Shown in pieces: positions 61,917 to 64,000 of a stretch of DNA of 64,000 nucleotides (its first letter is position 1; each line of letters begins with the position of its first letter). The notes beneath the pieces were generated by a model. The model saw only the letters and a list, made by a program, of their open reading frames with translations, was not told where the DNA came from and made no database searches. The translations under genes and the position numbers were made by a program. The DNA lies in contig OZ244048.1 in the NCBI GenBank assembly GCA_965215265.1, positions 256,001 through 320,000 of the forward strand, in the 5' to 3' direction. This stretch comes from Candidatus Poribacteria bacterium. Lineage in GTDB: Bacteria; Poribacteria; WGA-4E; WGA-3G.

Positions 61917-63204
61917 ATTCGGTTTCCTCAAAATCTTTTCGTAAAACCAATAAAAATTCGGACTTCATGCCGTCTGGATTTTTGTTTTTTCTCGAGCGGA
62001 ACAATTGACGACTTTTAATTCTATCCTCATAGTTTTTCTGAAAGAGATAGCCGCGTTCTGTAAAGTACTCCATGAATATCCGCCAGATTTCGACTTCCAT
62101 GCCATCGATTCTCGGATTCCCGACAAAGATACAGGCCGGTGCGCCTGCTTTTAAGGAGCTCATTGCATTCTCCAATGCGTTGAGAGTGTGGCAAAAATAC
62201 GAATTAAGTCGTCTCAACAGATCTGCCCGGGTGAGTTCGGCCCTAATTTCGTCCAACGTTGGCGTTTGAACGTCCCTATCGGCTTTTCTGTACGGAATTT
62301 CGAGCCGCCCTAATTTGCGAATCTCATCTTCGGTATACCCTAACCAGAAGAGTTCCATTTTGGTGGAGCGGATGTATTCCTGCGCTTGCAGGTACGGCGG
62401 CGAGGTGATGAGTGCGTCACACGGTTGTCCAATTGTATAGTATGAAGAATCAACGCCGCCTTTAAATTCAACGGGGTTGTCGTGATGTGACGTTGCGGTG
62501 ACAAAGGCATTGAGATTTTTTAGCGTGCTAAGGGAGTGGCTATAAAGCTGCTTTTTTAGCAGCCCCTCCCAATCTTGCCTCAGTAATTCTTCTATGGCGT
62601 GCAGCTTCCTTTTAGAACGTGCTAACTTCGGTGTCCTATGTTCAGTATAAGAGAAACGTTTGCTGACCTTCAGCAGTGCCGATTCGATAATCTGTGTGTA
62701 CACGTTCTGCTCGGTGTTTTTGATGAAGCCCCACTGTTTTAAGAGAAAGTCTAGTATTTCCGGCGGGTACCAATAGTTAACATTTGACCACGATGGCATG
62801 AACTGCTGTGTGCTGTGCTCCATTCCTTTTAATAACTGACACAACGGTCCTTGATTGAGTCGCTCTTTACCGTGGTAAACCTTTAGGGGCATGATATGAT
62901 TCAAGAGTGGGTTCAGATCTAGGAGTACAGCGCTCCGTTTGCACAAATACGCCTCCAGTCCGACTGTTCCTGAGCCTGCAAACGGGTCGGCAATCCACGC
63001 ACCTTCTCGTGTATAAGTTGTTATGGCGTACCTAACAACCTGGGGTATGAATTTGGCTGGGTAAGCAAAAATCGCGTGGGTTAGGTATCCCGTGTCCGTA
63101 ATTTCGGGGACAAGTTCTCGGAAGGAAATGAGTTCTCCTCCGTCGTCGGCTTCATTATCTGTATGATTCATGGAGAAAAGGGTTAGTTGTTCTATGAAAT
63201 TCAT
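61903..63204 (-). CDS. Orphan DNA methyltransferase (N4C/N6A type, SPPY)
   Basis: THAIFAYPAKF, DPFAGSGT, ITSPPY. Confidence 0.85.
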   Translation of the reverse strand: MNFIEQLTLFSMNHTDNEADDGGELISFRELVPEITDTGYLTHAIFAYPAKFIPQVVRYAITTYTREGAWIADPFAGSGTVGLEAYLCKRSAVLLDLNPLLNHIMPLKVYHGKERLNQGPLCQLLKGMEHSTQQFMPSWSNVNYWYPPEILDFLLKQWGFIKNTEQNVYTQIIESALLKVSKRFSYTEHRTPKLARSKRKLHAIEELLRQDWEGLLKKQLYSHSLSTLKNLNAFVTATSHHDNPVEFKGGVDSSYYTIGQPCDALITSPPYLQAQEYIRSTKMELFWLGYTEDEIRKLGRLEIPYRKADRDVQTPTLDEIRAELTRADLLRRLNSYFCHTLNALENAMSSLKAGAPACIFVGNPRIDGMEVEIWRIFMEYFTERGYLFQKNYEDRIKSRQLFRSRKNKNPDGMKSEFLLVLRKDFEETEYGKR

Positions 63205-63222
63205 ATAGGCCCTGCTTTACTA

Positions 63223-64000
63223 TCATTTGCGCAAGCAACACTGCTTATATTTCTTCCTGCTGCCACAGGGACAAGACGAGTTGCGTCCAACCTTTCGAGA
63301 GTTTTGCGGTGTGCGTGCTTGTGCTTTTGCTTGCCGGCGTTCGCGCAGCACCGGTATGATACTGTTAGCAGGTTGTCCCATTTGGATGGCAGATGCCATC
63401 AACTTCATCGGTTCGTCAATGTGATTGAAAAACTGCTTATAGCCAGCACAGAGATAGTTCAATCCGTCCTCGCCGGTAGGTGTTTTGATAAAGCGATTTT
63501 TGGGACAGCCGCCATTACAAGCAAACTTAACCTCGCAGGTCCGGCAGTATTCCGGGAGAGTATCGCGTTTATCGGTGCCAAATTTACGTTGGAACGGGGA
63601 ATCGACCATCTCCGCGATGGTGTTATCGGTAATGTTACCGATGTGATAGTCGGGGGTAACGAAATGATCACAGGAGTAGAGGTCACCGTTGTGTTCGATG
63701 GCGAGTGCATCGCCACAGGTCTCATTAAAAACACACAGACTGGGATTGTATCCGAGCCAGGCCTCGAGTGCGACATCGAAAATCTGAACGAAGATTTTGC
63801 CGATGTCGTTCACTACCCACTCATCGAAAATCGTGCAGAGGAATTTCCCGTATTGCCGTGCTTTAACCGAACGTAGTGACACATTTTTCCCACCGAAATG
63901 TTCGACGGCTGGAATAAACTGCATAAACTCCACGCCGAGCTGCTTGAAGTAGTTGTAGACATCCATTGGATAGTCTGCGTTGTGGCGATTGACAACACAT
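63223..64000 (-). CDS. Anaerobic sulfatase maturase (radical SAM/SPASM) with SEC-C tail, 5'-truncated by window edge
   Basis: MQFIP, CVFNETCG, EHNGDLYSCDHFV, CRTC…CNGGCPKNR, LNYLCAG, KVGRNSSCPCGSRKKYKQCC. Confidence 0.92.
   Translation of the reverse strand, partial: CVVNRHNADYPMDVYNYFKQLGVEFMQFIPAVEHFGGKNVSLRSVKARQYGKFLCTIFDEWVVNDIGKIFVQIFDVALEAWLGYNPSLCVFNETCGDALAIEHNGDLYSCDHFVTPDYHIGNITDNTIAEMVDSPFQRKFGTDKRDTLPEYCRTCEVKFACNGGCPKNRFIKTPTGEDGLNYLCAGYKQFFNHIDEPMKLMASAIQMGQPANSIIPVLRERRQAKAQARTPQNSRKVGRNSSCPCGSRKKYKQCCLRK

Noticed and set aside
63187-63876. 229-aa plus-strand ORF
   Set aside because: Antisense to the well-supported sulfatase maturase

Overview
Bacterial genomic window, very likely Candidatus Poribacteria. 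This is an inference from the secreted proteins ending in AVDPxxKLxxTWxxVK, four PhyH-family dioxygenases, a WD40 expansion and a sulfatase. Layout: (1) the 3' part of a complex I operon, nuoF-G-H-J-K-L-M-[Na+/H+ antiporter-like gene]-N, with no nuoI, and with nested palindromic MITE/REP-like repeats in its intergenic spaces; (2) an ECF sigma, a zinc anti-sigma and three DUF4252 genes; (3) an IS630-derived mini-element and a frameshifted DUF5694 gene; (4) a complete F1Fo ATP synthase operon with a DUF1992 gene inserted between atpG and atpD; (5) an accessory region with a hypervariable WD40 tandem-repeat gene followed by an orphan Rpn C-terminal-like ORF, PhyH dioxygenases, LamG-like secreted proteins, aldo-keto reductases and an M42 peptidase; (6) a Type III R-M locus whose mod gene is out of frame at a G11 tract; (7) an M14 peptidase, duplicated HEAT-repeat lipoproteins, an enolase-family gene, mnmA, miaA, DUF4175 and ppk2; (8) a deleted mod/res remnant, a sulfatase, an orphan DNA methyltransferase and a partial anaerobic sulfatase maturase. 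The most notable signals are the putatively phase-variable mod, halogenase-like HxG/HxA motifs in 3 of the 4 PhyH proteins, the hypervariable WD40 gene, the nested intergenic element family and hints of Na+-linked bioenergetics. All family assignments come from motif recognition by eye; no searches were run.
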